Below are positions 26,200 through 40,283 of a stretch of DNA of 64,000 bases, piece after piece. The translations under genes and the position numbers were made by a program. The notes beneath the pieces are model-generated. The model did no database searches. It was not told the origin of the DNA and worked only from the letters and a program-made list of their open reading frames with translations. Source of the stretch: Octopus bimaculoides (Eukaryota); the NCBI RefSeq assembly GCF_001194135.2, contig NC_068997.1:38763651-38827650 (forward strand), read 5' to 3'. How positions within the stretch are numbered: the first letter of the stretch is position 1; every line of letters starts with the position of its first letter.

Positions 26200-26467
26200 A
26201 TAAATGGATAGCTAGACAACTGCAAAAGAAGTTCTTAAGTAAGGACAAATCATTCTATTTTGTATTTGTTGATCTGGAGAAGCTCTTTGAAGTTACCCAT
26301 CATTCCACTTTCTGGTGAATATTAAGGCAGCTATTTATCAATGACTGCCATTGTGCAAGCCATTGAAACTATGAACAAGAGTATTATAACAATATTTAGG
26401 AGCGGAAGCAAATTCAGAAAATAATGTACAGTTAAATGGACAAGTTTTGTCCTTAGACCCATGTCTC
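26200..26467 (+). mobile_element. RTE RT fragment
   Basis: RQLQKKFLSKDKSFYFVFVDLEKLF resembles RQLQEKY....LY.AFVDLEKAFD. Confidence 0.7.
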
Positions 26468-26892
26468 TATTCTTTTATTCTTTTACTTGTTTCAGTCATT
26501 TGACTGCGGCCATGCTAGAGCACCGCCTTTAGTCGAATCAAATTGACCCCAGGACTTATTCTTTGTAAGCCTATAGTACTTATTCTATCTGTTTCTTTTG
26601 CTGAACCGCTAAGTTATGGGGTTGTATATACACACCAGCATCGGTTGTCAAGCAATGTTGGGGGGGGGGCAAACACAGATACACAACATATACACATACA
26701 CACATACATATATATACATACATATATATGACAGGCTTCTTTCAGCTTCTGTCTATCAAATCCACTCACAAGGCTTTGGTTGGCCCGAGGCTATAGTAGG
26801 AGACACTTGCCCAAGGTGCCACACAGCGGGACTGAACCTGGAATCATGTGGTTGGTAAGCAAGCTCCTTACCACACAGCCACTTCTGCACCT
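26468..26892 (-). mobile_element. tRNA/CORE-like SINE, near full length
   Basis: Reverse-complement match along the whole length to 39825-40232. Confidence 0.92.
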
Positions 26893-28118
26893 ATGATGAA
26901 ATGTAAGTGAAAAATGTTGCATAACTGGAATATTAATTATTATTGTATAAAGAAAGTGGATAAGAGATAAATAAGCCCTAAAATATATGGATATATGGAG
27001 TTTGGCTCAGAAAAAGGTCTGCTGTACTTGTAGCAGGTAGAACCCATATGCCAAAAATTTTTATAAAATTTTCTTGTGAAAATTTTTTTGAAACAATTTG
27101 CATGTGTATATTTTAGATAAGAACCTTTACAGATGTGTCTGTTTATCCAGGATTTAAGAATATTTAAGACTATAAAGAATTATAGGGTTGATATTAGTCT
27201 CATTAATTAGTACATAATAGCTCTATTACCTGTGCTGTATATTTCCAATTCTTGTTTAAAATACTTTGATGATACATGTATGGTTAAGTAATTGTTATAT
27301 AAGTCTCACAAGAATGTTGTCTAGCAGGCACAAATTGCATGCAACCTGTTCCATGCATGTGTAATATTATATAAACACAACATCTTCCTACTTTAAATAC
27401 AATTCTGTTAATTTGAAGTTTCATTTCTATCAGTTAACTTCCTGTTTTATGTGCCCTCTACTGATATTAGGGCTCTCACTGCAGAAATGCTTGACATAAC
27501 AAAACCACAAAGTGCTAATCATTCCTAGAAGGTACTATATTTTAAAGCTATCACTGGGATGCTGATTCTAGGTCGAACAACGATGCAGATGTTTCCCCAT
27601 GTTGGTTGCCTTTAAAGGTTTTCCACTGAAATTTCTTTTGTAAAAGTGGTGTGTGGTGTACCCGTTAGGAGGTACAAAACCTACCATCTGCTAAAACTTA
27701 TTTGCATCATACTAACATATGTTACACTCTTGGTTACACTTCACGTTGACAGATAAATCAAAATCCTACATTCATTTTGTTGTGAAGTTGTTAATGTCTT
27801 AGATACTTGTGTTGAGTTTTCTATAACTGTGAGTGTTAATGTCATTCAGTATGAGTTTCAAAGTATATTTTGAACATGAGTGCAGTAGACTTAAAAGAAA
27901 GAGAATATTATGTATGCATATTGAGTGGTTAATAAAATATAAAAATCTGCAAGTTGGCAGAACTTGAAAGAAAACTGCTAAAATTGCATAAATTAATATT
28001 AATAATTATATTTTCAATTTCTCTCTCTCTCTCTCTCTCACATACTTCACAATGAATACAAAAAGTTAATTAGTAATATGAATTGACACACACATTGTAT
28101 ATACAACACACAGATACA

Positions 28119-28164
<46 letters not shown>

Positions 28165-30102
28165 ACCTCAATGTAGGTAGCTCTTTTATATTTTGAGGTT
28201 TCTCTGTAGCTAGATATGACTGCATATATGCATCTATCACTCGATTCTTTTTTGTCTGTATACACCTTATTCATTTCACGTGATTTAACCTGGTGTTGGT
28301 TGATTGTTCATATGCATGTATATTCTCTCCCGCTTCTTTCTCTCATTCTTTCTCTCACCCTTTCGCATTGATAGCTTTAATAATTTTAAAAATGTGAATG
28401 TACTTAATTTAATTTTCTTGATAATTTTAATCACCACAACCATCTGCATCATCATCATCATTATCATAATCACCATCACCATCATCTCAGAAGTTTTATG
28501 GAAATTATCATCATTAAAAATAGAAGAAAACAAAAAAATGTTAATAATTTCATTAGCACAAGATATATCCAGATTCAAGAAGCATTCCTAAGTTTTTTTT
28601 TTCTCTTGTCATTTTCTGTTAAATTGTATTAGGATTGTATACCTTTCATGTATGTAAATAAGATTTTCTTTACACATGATTTGTTTACTCGTAAAATTTG
28701 TTTTTAGACCTCTCATTGTCTTTTGTCAAGCATCTGCCTTACTACATTGAGTTCACAGCTTTTTGTCTTTTTGCTTAATCTCCATGGCAACCTCCTTGTA
28801 ATTTTAGAACTAAAACTGCTAAAAGTATTTGCCTATGTACAGGTTAACTAAAAGTAGAAAATCTTCCGAATACCAGCTTATATGAATTTCTTTATATTCC
28901 AGCTCATTCTCTTTTCTTGGTAAATCATTTTCTTTCATTACTCTGTTTTTAGATAATTATCAAAAGTTACATTCACAACTTTTAGATAAAATTTTCAGGT
29001 TTTTTTTTTTACTTGAATAAATATAGCCAGAAATTAAATTGATTTTCTTTCAATCCAGAAACACTCAGTAAAATGTTGTTCAAAGTTAAATTACTTCTTT
29101 AATTTATTTTTCATTTTGCCCTCAAAATATGTACTTTAAATTTTGAAATTTGTAAAGTGTTTATTTACTTAAAGTAGGTATTAACTATTGAAGGAAATTG
29201 TCTAGCTTTTACTTAAGATTGACTTCATAAGAATGGACAACATACAACATGAAATTCAATAAATGCAGGTTAACAAAGCCAAACTTGACAAAGTTACTGT
29301 CATATGGTTTTGTGTAAAGCTGGTTCAGTTATCAGTAAATTTTCTAGTTTCTTGAATACCAAACTGCAAAAGTAACATCTTATTACTTATGCCTTGAACA
29401 TTTGTATTTGTATTGGTCAATTAATTATGAGAATGAGTAAAAGGGTGTCTTTCTTGACTGCTACTATAAGAAGCAAATCAAAGCATGTTATCCATAAGAC
29501 TTATCTTGATATTGTATATCTAGGACTACCTTATATGATAAAATGTGTTCCTCTTGTTATTATGTCATTGTTGTTACATAAGAAACTTGGAAATTGAGCA
29601 CTTGATGGGAGGTCTTATTCTTTCAGAGAAATAAGGGATCCATCTGGAATAATAAATGGATTCACAGTCTGAGGTAAAAATTGAGGCCAGGTTGCAATTC
29701 GTTATGGTTAATTTGAGAATGCAAATAGATTTAGTTGAAAATTCACATTATTCACTGTTATGTGAGTTACTTTTAAGACTTGAAATATATGTTTCTTTTT
29801 TGGTCTTACTATATCTGTCTTACAACATGGCTTCTAAATGGGCAGAGTTGCCTTCCAACTTATTTTCACAAATAAAATTATCTCCAATGCTTTGGAAACA
29901 TGTTTCACTGTTTGTAAGATGAAAACTAATACATATTAACTGAATCAAATGGCCATCTGCCTTGAAAGCAGTTAGTATTTTGATCTATCAAATTCCACTT
30001 GCAAAGTATTCATTAGCCTGATACTATAGTAGAAGACAATTACTTAACTTGCTACACCTGAAACCACTTGATTTCAAAGTCATTTTATTAACCACACAAC
30101 TA

Positions 30103-31305
30103 TTGGGTCATCCCATAAATTATACAGTTTTTTTCAGTTGCATGAAGTCGGAGGGGGACAGGATAAACTACCTGCATCAACTTGCTATAAAAGCAAATAG
30201 TAATTTTACCTTGTCCATATTCTTAGTGCAAGTTTTGAAGAGTGTAGTTCAATTGTAGCAGTTATTTCTCAAAGCTATAATGGAAGTGACAAAGGAGGGT
30301 ATTCAGCGTATTTTGTTTTATGAGTTCAGTAAAGGTAACAGCGCAATGGAAAGAGTGTGGAATATTAATGAAGTGTATGGGGATCAGACAATAAGCATAA
30401 GCCAGTGTCAACGGTGGTTCCAGAAATTCCGAGCTAGAAACTACAGCCTAGAAGATGAGCCTCGTCCTGGAAGATCTGTAGAGCCCAGTGAGGATGTCCT
30501 GCAAACCCTGGACATTTCATGATAACTGTTGAGGAACTAGCAGAGAAGCTTGGATTTGGTCATTAAGCAATTCATCAACAGCTGCGTGCCATTGGAAAAG
30601 TCAGCAAATTGGGTCAGTGGATTCCTCACAAACTTTCCGAGTCGAATCATGTGCAGAGAGTGAATGTGTGCTCTTGTTTGCTGTCACGTCTCTCGAATGA
30701 ACCTTTTTTAGACCGAATAGTGACTGGTGATGAGAAATGGGTTCTCATCAAATGTCAAGTGCCGAAGACAGTGGGTAGGGCAAAGAGAAACACTGGCACC
30801 CATGTAAGGTATTGTTATCTGTTTGGTGGGCTATGAGAGGTTTAGTCCACTTTGACTTTTAAACCCAAACCAATTGATAACAAAAGAGAGCTTAATTCAG
30901 CGCTAGAAGTAAAATGATTATCTTTGGTTTAAAGACGAAAGATGTTCTTCCATCAGGATAAAACCTGGCCACATACAGTTAGGATGACATTCCAAAGGCT
31001 GGAGCAGTTTAAATGGGAAATGTTGCCCCACCCACCATATTCGCCGGACATTGCCCCATCTGATTATCATTTATTCCACAGTCTTCAAAATCATTTGGAT
31101 GGAAAATATAGGAATTCTGTAGATGAGGTCATAGCACTATTGGAGGAGTATTTTTCATCCTGGACAAGTGAATTTTGGAAGTGGGGTCTTGCAAGTCTAC
31201 CAGATAGATAGAAGAGCATTGTAAAGAATGAAGGAGAGTATATTATAGATTTAAAAAGAACTTTATCTTAATTTTGAAAAATAAAAGAAATATCAAATGA
31301 CCCAA
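30103..31305 (+). mobile_element. Near full-length decayed mariner transposon
   Basis: TA|TTGGGTCAT...ATGACCCAA|TA termini. ORF pieces: MEVTKEGIQRILFYEF..CQRWFQKFR..LEDEPRPGR, WIPHKL (WVPHEL), IVTGDEKWV, FHQD..PH and HPPYSPDIAPSDYHLF. Confidence 0.95.
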
Positions 31306-34300
31306 TATATTTACACCTAAATTATTGGTTTAAATCTGGCAACAGATTAAAGAAGACACTGGGCAGATCAAACTTTAGCTTGGCCAGAAAGAACAAACCT
31401 CCAAGTTTGATTGGGGCTCCACCAAAGTCTACTTTAACTGGCAAATGTTTTCTCAGAAAGGATCCCCCCCCCCCCATAATGTATGAACAACAGTCGAGTG
31501 GAAGGAGGAAATGTATTTGACTGTATTGTCAAATGTATTTGACTGTATTCAGCATAGTCTTTAGTCAGTAACCTTAGGTTACACACAACTGATTTAGAGA
31601 TGAACTTTTCAGAATTACCTGTGTCAGTTGACTTTTTAGAAAAGTTCTGTGAATGCTTACATCAGTAACAATAATTTATTCTAGAAGGTATAGAAACAAG
31701 TTTCACAGGGAGAGAATAGAAGCACTCAGTAGCTCTTTTAAGAATCTACAGACTTTTGAAGAGTGTCTTTTGAAACAAAGAGTGCTAATTTGGTGTAATC
31801 TTATTGTGGGCATTTCTGGCAGAAGTAATATCTTTGACCTGAACATGATGCAGCTGCATTAGAAACCTGATTTGGTTTAGAAATAAAAAATTCTTCTTCA
31901 GACCATTTTGGCAGAGGTTACTACAAGATTTTCTACTTGAAAAGCAGAATCAGTGGTCTGAAAATCTTTCATGGCTTATTTCAAAGTCTCAATTTGATTT
32001 TTGACTGAAGTCAAAGTTAGAAATTTGTTTTTATTGCAGTCTGGTTTTGTACACAGGCCTAAGGATTTCTGATTATGAGTTAATCTTGAATTTATTTGGG
32101 TTGTGTGTGTCATTCATGATGCTACAGTATAAGCTGAATTATAGAAGAGGCATAAAATATTCACCTGCTGGTTCCATGCTCATCTGCTTGTGAATAGAGT
32201 GCTTGTGTCACTCTACAACTTCATTAGCTGACTGAATAAAGGTTTTTTTAATGCAGGTAAAGCATTATTGTAGGCAGTGAATAATTTCTTTTTTTTGACA
32301 ATGAGTTTGCCAGAAGTTTGAAATAAAAGTCAAGTAAACAGCCAATACTAAATGGTGCATAAAACCTTGGTAGCTGTCAATATATCATTAAATTTTTTAT
32401 GTTGTCGTCTGCATTCCATGCCAATGATTGCAATTTTAGTAAATTAAATTGACGTGTGAGTTACTCAGAAAAGAGAGTCAGTTTAAATTGGGCTGGCAGA
32501 ATGTAGAAATAGGAAGTTCACCAGGATATTTATAGCAACAGTAGGAAGTGGTAATTACATTGCCTTCTGGAGATTCAACCATTTTTATTATTATAATGCA
32601 GCATTATTTCCATAAGATTATTACCGCAATACTTCATGTTTATCAGAGCTCTTTCTGGCTGTGTGTGGGTTCTTTTCAGACAAAGAGCCTTAATGATCAC
32701 ACACAAGCAAAACACCGAGTAGTCGAGGAGTGACTCATCAATTTTATACACATAAACTAACTTCTGTCTGTATTTCTAAATAAGTGGAGTGTGTGTGTGT
32801 GTGTATTTTATTTTCACCATGAAAAGGTTAACACTGACTTTGCAGTTTCACCAGTCATTGGTTTTGTTAGACAAGTCTGATGAAATGTAAAACATTATTT
32901 AGTGTTTCATAATATTGTGCATATAGCTGTTCATGAAAACAAATGATTGTATATATTTGTAAATACATACATACATGTGTGTGTGTGTGTGTGTATTTGA
33001 ATATGTTAAAGTGCATGTTCTGTAGGAAGTCACAAAACTGCTGTATTTGTCTTGAGATAGCACCTTGTATAGATGTATAGTGTCAAAAAGCACAGGAGCA
33101 TGCCACTTGTAGATGAAGCATGTCCACAAGTGTCAGTGGAATTACTAAATCTAGATTTCTGAATCTTTGAGCATGATCAGTAGCAAGTATCCATTAGCAA
33201 CTGTGTGTTTAGTAAATTTAACTGCTCCTAATATAGAAAAACAGTGATTAGATCATTGGTATTGCAAATAAGCAGCAGAGTGGGTAAAAATTTGTTATTA
33301 ATGAGAAAAGATTTAAATGTGAGCTGTTGTAATTTTCATACTCTGATAGTGCAATAGTCAGATAAGCTTGTGTAGCATCCCACCTACAACTGTATAGTCT
33401 TTTGGGCACAAAACGTAACATTGCTCCCAGAGAAAAAGTGAGAAAGAATGAGAGAAAAGAATAAATAAAAAAGGAAAACAAGAAGAAACATGAAGGAAAA
33501 GGAGATAAGAGTTGTGTCCATTTGGTTCATTAGAATAAGAATTAAGAGTGGTTGGTGTGGTTAATTTGATGGGGATATTTTGTGAGACTATATGTCTAAT
33601 CTGGAGAAGATGGTATTCTCCAGTTTGATAACAAAAACTTTTGGAGTTGCTTGCATTTAGTAAAAATTTCAGATCAGTGGAGATCTTAGATATTTAAGAG
33701 TTCCACTGGATCTAATAATGACAAGTACAGCAAAAGTTGCAACAAATAGGAAAGAGACTGAAAAAGAAAAGAAGGGAAAAAAAGAAACAAAAACAGAGAA
33801 AACCTAGGTCTGTGTCTAGCTGCCTTGCCATAGAGAAGCAGTTGAAAACTGTAAGAAACTGTATTATGTGGCTTTCCTTTTGGAACCACACAGTGAAATT
33901 ATACCCTCGGAAAATACCTCTCATGCACCAATAACATCACACCACAAACATGCTCCTCTAAGATGCTTTTCAATCAGATTAGTGAATAACCTGACAGACA
34001 GTGTTTGAAAAGAGTTGTTAGTTATTGACTCAGCTATACATGTAAAACTAAATATACTGTATCAAGAAAGAGATTATAATCCAACATGATCCTGGATCAT
34101 TTTTCTAATTACCTCTCAGTGCAGTGTTCTAACACTGACTAGCTTGTGATAAGGAAAATATTGATAAAAGTCTTCACAGTAAACAAAGATGCAGTAAACT
34201 TTCTGATAACCAAAGCACATTTCATAAAAAAAAAAAAAAGACCCACCAAGCACTGGTTGAATGAGTACAGCGCATGGTAACATACTGTTTCTCCAAGCAG

Positions 34301-34589
34301 TGATAGAGTTTGCTCACCTGGTTCCTCAAATATGTCTGATGAAGAATTTTTACATTTGAAAGCACTTACAAAATTACAGTACAACCAGCAATAAAGTTCA
34401 GTCCACAGTTATTTGTTCAGTTTATTTTAACCAAACTTCCTATGAATCAACATGTCTTATGTAAATGTATCCATGTAACCTTTTCCCTATCCACACTTCC
34501 ATGTATTTATCAGTATATACATGTATATCTGTTAGTCTGCCCATCTGTTCATATACCTCTCTGCCTGCCTTTCTGAAACCCATCCAGGG

Positions 34590-34956
34590 TGAAATGTTGA
34601 TGATTTGTGAAGATCAAAAAGAAATGAAGTGAGCATGCTTTGCTGGATGTATAATATTAGTGTACATAAGTGATGGAGCGTAAATGAGTTGGGAGAAAAA
34701 CTGAATATAAAAGGAATCAGTTTTTGTGTACAAGAGAGAAGATTGTGTTTGTATGGGCAAGTGATCTGTGTGAAGGGGGACAGCTGTTTAAAGAAGTGCC
34801 ATGTAGTGAAACTGAATGGAAGCTGTGGATGAGGAAGACTAAGGAAAATAGATCTGAAGTTGATCTGGAGTAGGTAACAAAGGACTGTATCATTTGGTTA
34901 CATGCTGTGTAGAAGACTTATCTGATGAGACCAGCTTGGAAGAATGGGCATTAAAA

Positions 34957-34990
<34 letters not shown>
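34590..34990 (+). mobile_element. RTE ORF2 C-terminal fragment ending in (TG)n
   Basis: KRNEVSMLCWMYNISVHK..ELGEKLNIKGI..VQERRLCLYGQV..DSCLKKC. Confidence 0.75.
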
Positions 34991-34992
<2 letters not shown>

Positions 34993-35879
34993 TACGTGTA
35001 CGTGTATCCATCTGTCTATTTGTCCATTTGTCTATCCCTCATTTCATCTACTTGTTTGTTACCCTCTCATCTCTCTAATACACCGTGCACCCATCTACTG
35101 ACATCCTCCTGGCCACTATTATTCATGCTTCTATCACCCATTCTTCTATCACACGTGCATCCATCTCTCATTCTTCTGCTGCTCATGCATCTGTCACTTG
35201 TGCCTCAGTTACTCATCACTCAATCTCTTGCCCTGTTTTCAGTGGTTCTGTTCTCTTCACATGTACTGTGTTTCTAGTGTAAGTAGAGACATCATCTGAC
35301 TTCTCTGACCATCTCATCTTTCCATCACCCTGGCCTTCTCACCTTTCTCGAAGCAAATCTACAAGAAACCACATCAGATATATGCGTGTACTCCACACTC
35401 TTTATCATTACTGCCTCTATACCCTGCCCCAGTCAGCTATTTGGTATTAACAGTTAACATTTATCCACCTTTTACTATCCATTACATCTTTCATTGTAGT
35501 CACTTTCTACCATCACATTCTCACTCATGTTTCCCACCCATTTTAGATTATCATCTGTATGCAGTTCTTCAGCAATGTAACCTTGAGCGTATGAATACAT
35601 TGTGTGATGAGAAGGGCTCTCTAATGTTACAGGGATTAGGTAATCTCATTTGAGTTGGTACAGCTATAATTCTGTTAAGCATGGGGTCAGAAAGGTTAAG
35701 TGTTGTTGAAGACATGACAACCTCTCCATTACTGATGCCTTGGTAACATGTGCTCAGTACACTGTAAAGTGTACTGATATTAGAAAAGGCATCCAGACAC
35801 GGAACCCCACTACTTTTGAAATTTATTAATGAGATGTGGCTCTCTAAGCTGTGGAGTAATAATGATCTGAGAGCGCACG

Positions 35880-36720
35880 TAAAAGACTGTGTGTAAAAGA
35901 GTGTGTCTTGTAATCACTGATCTGGCAGTTCTTCTCTAGTTTTTGCTCCTTTGTGCATTTCCTGTTACTTGTGTTTTCAGTATGCTTTTCCTGGCATTGT
36001 AAGTTTCAGCATAAGCAGTTGTTTTGTTGGTTTAGTGGTTTTGACCATGTTTGGTTGAAGTGACGTTGGTACTATGTGCTGTGGAAACTTGAGCTACTGG
36101 TCCAGATTGACGTGCTGTCTCTTGTTAGAAGTTGTGTAAAGGAAGCCTGTCCTTGGTTTTAGTTTTCTTTCCAGCTTGACCAATATAATCAAACTCTTTA
36201 GAGTGTGATGGTATTTATTTGTGATGGCTGTAGCTATGCTCTCAGAAACTGCCATGAGTACCTGGTCATGTAACCACTGATAGCAATCTTATCCAGTCCT
36301 TTGAACAATAGCCACTGAAATATTCTGAAAGTCCTTTTTTTAGAGTAGAGTTAACTGAGCTTGGTAGGACATAGTGGACAGTCTGCACAAGGAACTAGAC
36401 ACAGTGGAAGTCCACCTGCATGATATTTGACCTGATAATCCTGTGCTGAAGCATACTTTCCCATTTTCTTCATGCTCCTTGCTGAGTTTTCACCTTGCTG
36501 CTTACTTGCCCTTTATGCTTGTTCAGGCCTCTAGTGTCTCTCTTAGCCTTGGACTTTGATATTTCCATGATGCCTAATCAGTTCCTTTTGCCTTAGGTAT
36601 GTCTCTGCCTCCTGAATTACTTTCTCTGCACTTCCTCTCCTCCTCGTTTTTACTTCGATGCCAGATGTTGTCACTTTTTAGCCACTGGTAATACCTTTTA
36701 GCCTGGACTCTTTTTACTGT
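35880..36720 (-). mobile_element. HERO-like RLE non-LTR retrotransposon, C-terminal remnant
   Basis: Minus strand VKTRRRGSAEKVIQEAETYLRQKELI, QQGA.RKWE, FLVQTVHYVLPS, HDQVL and LKFPQHIVPTSLQPNMV..KQLLMLKLTMP (LRPD..ELTVPWEE-like). Confidence 0.7.
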
Positions 36721-37059
36721 TGGACTTTAATGTGGTACTGTAAATTTTTTAGTGAGGTCATTGAATAAGAGCTGCTCAAACAACTCCACTCTTTCCATAT
36801 TGGTAGGTATTCACAAGAAAAGAAAGTCTGTTATAACAAGACAAAGGAAGTGATGCAAAATAAGCTTTACAAGATGAGTAACATTTAGTAGATGGGGAGG
36901 GGGGGGGGCAAGGAAAGTGCAGGCTGATCGAAAGGATGCAAAAATTTGAGCTCAAAGCTGTGTATGGACCATCATATAGGGTTGTCAACCTTCTTTTCAA
37001 CTTATAAGGACTGAAATTATTAAGAAAATAAAAACCAACACTCATTTCAAAGGATTGTG

Positions 37060-37620
37060 GGCAACACTTTAACCATCTTAATTGCCAGTCAATGATTGGT
37101 GATGGCACCATCAATAAAACATTCCAGAGTTCAATGATTGAGGAATTCAACACAATTCAAATGTTTGCAAACATAATCAAGGTGATCAAGCATTTTAGTA
37201 GCAGAAAGCATCTGGTGAGGACAATATTACACCAGCAGTGTACAAGTTTGATGGAGACATGCTTATGATAAAGTCATTCAGCTCCTCAGGCAGCTGTTGT
37301 CATGCAAGATTTTAAAGACATACTGACTAGCCACTTGTACAACAGCAAAAATGATAAATGGATGTATAGCAATCATTGGAGTATATCTCTCTGAAATATC
37401 TTTATGGATAAGATCTTTACCAGAGTGGTTATTATCTGTTTCTTCCCATGCTTTGATATTGCCATCCAAGATCTGCCAAAAACATTACTGACACAATGTT
37501 TACAACTAAGTAAAACCAAGATAAATGCAGGAAACAAAGCAGTCATTTATCTCTACATGGTATTTGTCAATCTCACTACAATGTTTGATTCAGTCAGCCA
37601 TGAAGGACTTGCAGACTGCA
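37060..37620 (+). mobile_element. RTE (BovB-like) RT fragment
   Basis: KASGEDNITPAVYKFDGD, QDFKD, NHWSISL and LYMVFVNLTTMFDSVSHEGL. Confidence 0.7.
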
Positions 37621-37705
37621 TGTTTGTTAAAAGTAGTTGACAAAAAAAAAAAAAAAATATGTATGTGCGTGCGCTCTCAATTTCCTCTAATTTAGATCAT
37701 CTCAT

Positions 37706-38270
37706 GGTTTCAGTAAACAAAATGGAGAAAGTGTTGCCCGAAGATTGGTGAGGGAAATGTGCTGGAACATCCACTTGTGGATAACCATCTCCACACTGAT
37801 ATCGGTGAGCAGAGATGTAGTCCAGGGTGGAGGTCCAATGCTGGAGGTCTCCACTACCATAGGCTTGACCATAAACCTGTCTGAGCTTGACTGATATTTT
37901 GACAGTTTGCTTTTCACAGCCTGATAAGCAGTAGAGCCTGGGCTAGTAGCTGAACACACCAAGTTGTTGCTAGAAAAGGTATCCAGATGAGGGGTCTACC
38001 GCAATGAAACGGGGAAGTTGTCATATCGTCGGGTCTTTTACTGTGCTCTCAGTCTAGCCCTTCTGGCTTAAGCTGGGAAGGGCATTCTTGCTATGGTTTA
38101 TGATTTTGTTAAGGGTAGCATGGCGGGAAAGGTGGCTAGTACGACAGTGGATCCACAACAGCATTTGTGAGGCTCACAGATCTGGATGCCAAGCCTCAGG
38201 GAAACGCTGATGCACAGACAGTTGCTACAAAGCTGAGTGCCAGTCGTGAGTGATGGCAATCCATGTTTAT
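37706..38270 (-). mobile_element. CRE-like RLE retrotransposon C-terminus (zinc knuckle region plus restriction-like endonuclease)
   Basis: Minus strand ISVSLRLGIQICEPHKCCCGSTV, KRPDDMT..P...GRPLIW and SATSPGSTAYQAVKSKLSKY...FMVKPMVVET. Confidence 0.72.
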
Positions 38271-39824
38271 GTAGCTATTAAAAATATCTATATTGTGTAG
38301 CTTCCCTTTTGTATTAAAAAAGTGTTTTTTTTTTCCATTACATATACTAATTACTTTTGATGAAGCCTAAATTCAGAATTTGATAAAATGTCAGTGTAGT
38401 TATGCTGAACACACGGGAGAAAGAAATTAAAACAGCTTTCAAATATTTTAACAGCTAATTCCTTAATGGAAACATTAAAAGATAATGAAAATTGTAAAAA
38501 TTTAGCAGAACAAGTTAAGATTTTATTGAAAGAAGTATGGAAAATATATTTTTGTTTCAAATTCAGAACAATAAAAGATGAGTTACAGTTGTTAAAGTGA
38601 AACTCACAAGATTAAAACTTATGGATGAATTGAATCCAAAACAGTAAAGCTTTGGATTCATTATTATGAATCTTCTGCTACAATCAATCCAATACCTTTT
38701 TAATAAAATAATAAAGCCTACAAAATACCTGACTGCTTCTCATTTTTTTTGTCTTATAAATCTTTCAACAAAATTTTTATTTTCTTAAATTTTTGCGCTT
38801 TTTATCTTTTAATGTTTTCATTTAAATTGCCTTAAGGAATTAGCTGCTAAAATATTTGGAAGCTATTTTTAAATGGGCTATCATTTCATTAGATAAAGTA
38901 TATAAGAAATGTTTGTTAAGGAATTTTAAAATGTCTGTTAGAAGAAGGGAAAAAAATGAAACCCTCTCAAAATATTTTCTGAATTTTAATTAAAAATCTT
39001 TCATATCAATTAAAAAAAAGTATTTTGCATGAAATATCATCTTCAATAGTAATTTTTTAAAAAACTGATGGAGTAATTGTTTTGAGACATCTACTGGCTG
39101 TAAAGAAAATGTGTATGTGATATATTTATATGTATATACGTATATATAACTTTTAGTTATTCCCGTTCCTTGTCTTTGTCATTAACATGCATCTCCCTGA
39201 AGCATTTCCCAACTATTATTTGTTAAATAATGTGTGACAACTGGTTATCATTTGTTGTCAGTTTTGAATATCCAAGAGATGTTTGTCATTTGATATATAG
39301 GCAGCCAAATTAATGTTACACATAATTGCAATGAGAATGGAAAGTCTATAAGCAATATAGCTATTGAGATTGTAATTAATATGCTAAAACTGAGGAATAG
39401 AGATCCAGCTAAAGTTGTTGCTATAATTGTTAATCTGCTTTTTGGTAATTGCCAAGATTAATCTTCTTTGCTTTGAATAATTGATAATGCCTGAAGCATC
39501 AGTAGTAGTGTAATTTTTCACTTCATGAAAAATTCACTTACTATTACTTAAGTTCATTTGATTTTTACAAGCAAATAAATCACTTAATGTTGTTTAAATT
39601 TGGTCTTTCAATACATATTTTTTTTTTTTTAGAATTACAAATTACAATTTAGTTTTTGTCATATGAACATTATGGTTCTATAGGAATTGATAGTTTTTGC
39701 CAATGTTTAACCTGCTAAAAGTTAGGAAATAAATGTGAATTTTTTTGTTTTTGTATTTACCTTGTATATTTACTTAGATTCTTGTTACTAGAATTTTTGC
39801 TATTATATATATATATTATATATA

Positions 39825-40232
39825 GGCGCAGGAGTGGCTATGTGGTAAGTAGCTTGCTTACCAACCACATGGTCCTGGGTTCAGTCCCACTGCATGACAC
39901 CTTGGGCAAGTGTCTTCTACTATGGCCTTGGACCAACCAAAGCCTTGTGAGTGGATTTGGTAGACAGAAACTGGAAGAAGCCCATCGTATATGTATGTAT
40001 GTATGTATGTGTGTGTGTGTGTATGTATGTTTGTGTGTCTGTTTGTCCCCCCCCCACTTGACAACCGATGCTGGTGTATTTGCATCCCCGTAAACTAGTG
40101 GTTTGGCAAAAGAGACCAATAGAATAAGTACTAGGCTTACAAAGAATAAGCTCTGGGGTCGATTTGCTCGACTATAAAGGCGGTGCTCCAGCATGGCCGC
40201 AGTCAAATGACTGAGACGAGTAAAAGAGTAAA
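39825..40232 (+). mobile_element. Complete tRNA/CORE-like SINE (reference copy) followed by (ATAC)n
   Basis: Box A-like TGGCTATGTGG, box B-like GGTTCAGTCCC, CORE-like CACCTTGGGCAAGTGTCTT, internal (TG)n, and 3' GCTCCAGCATGGCCGCAGTCAAATGACTGAGACGAGTAAAAGAG. Confidence 0.93.
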
Positions 40233-40248
40233 TACATACATACATACA

Positions 40249-40283
<35 letters not shown>

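Noticed and set aside
33560-34100. Possible additional RTE fragment
   Set aside because: Motif matches are too weak to support a call.
39825-39900. tRNA gene
   Set aside because: It has A/B-box-like motifs but no complete cloverleaf, and it is the head of a multi-copy SINE.
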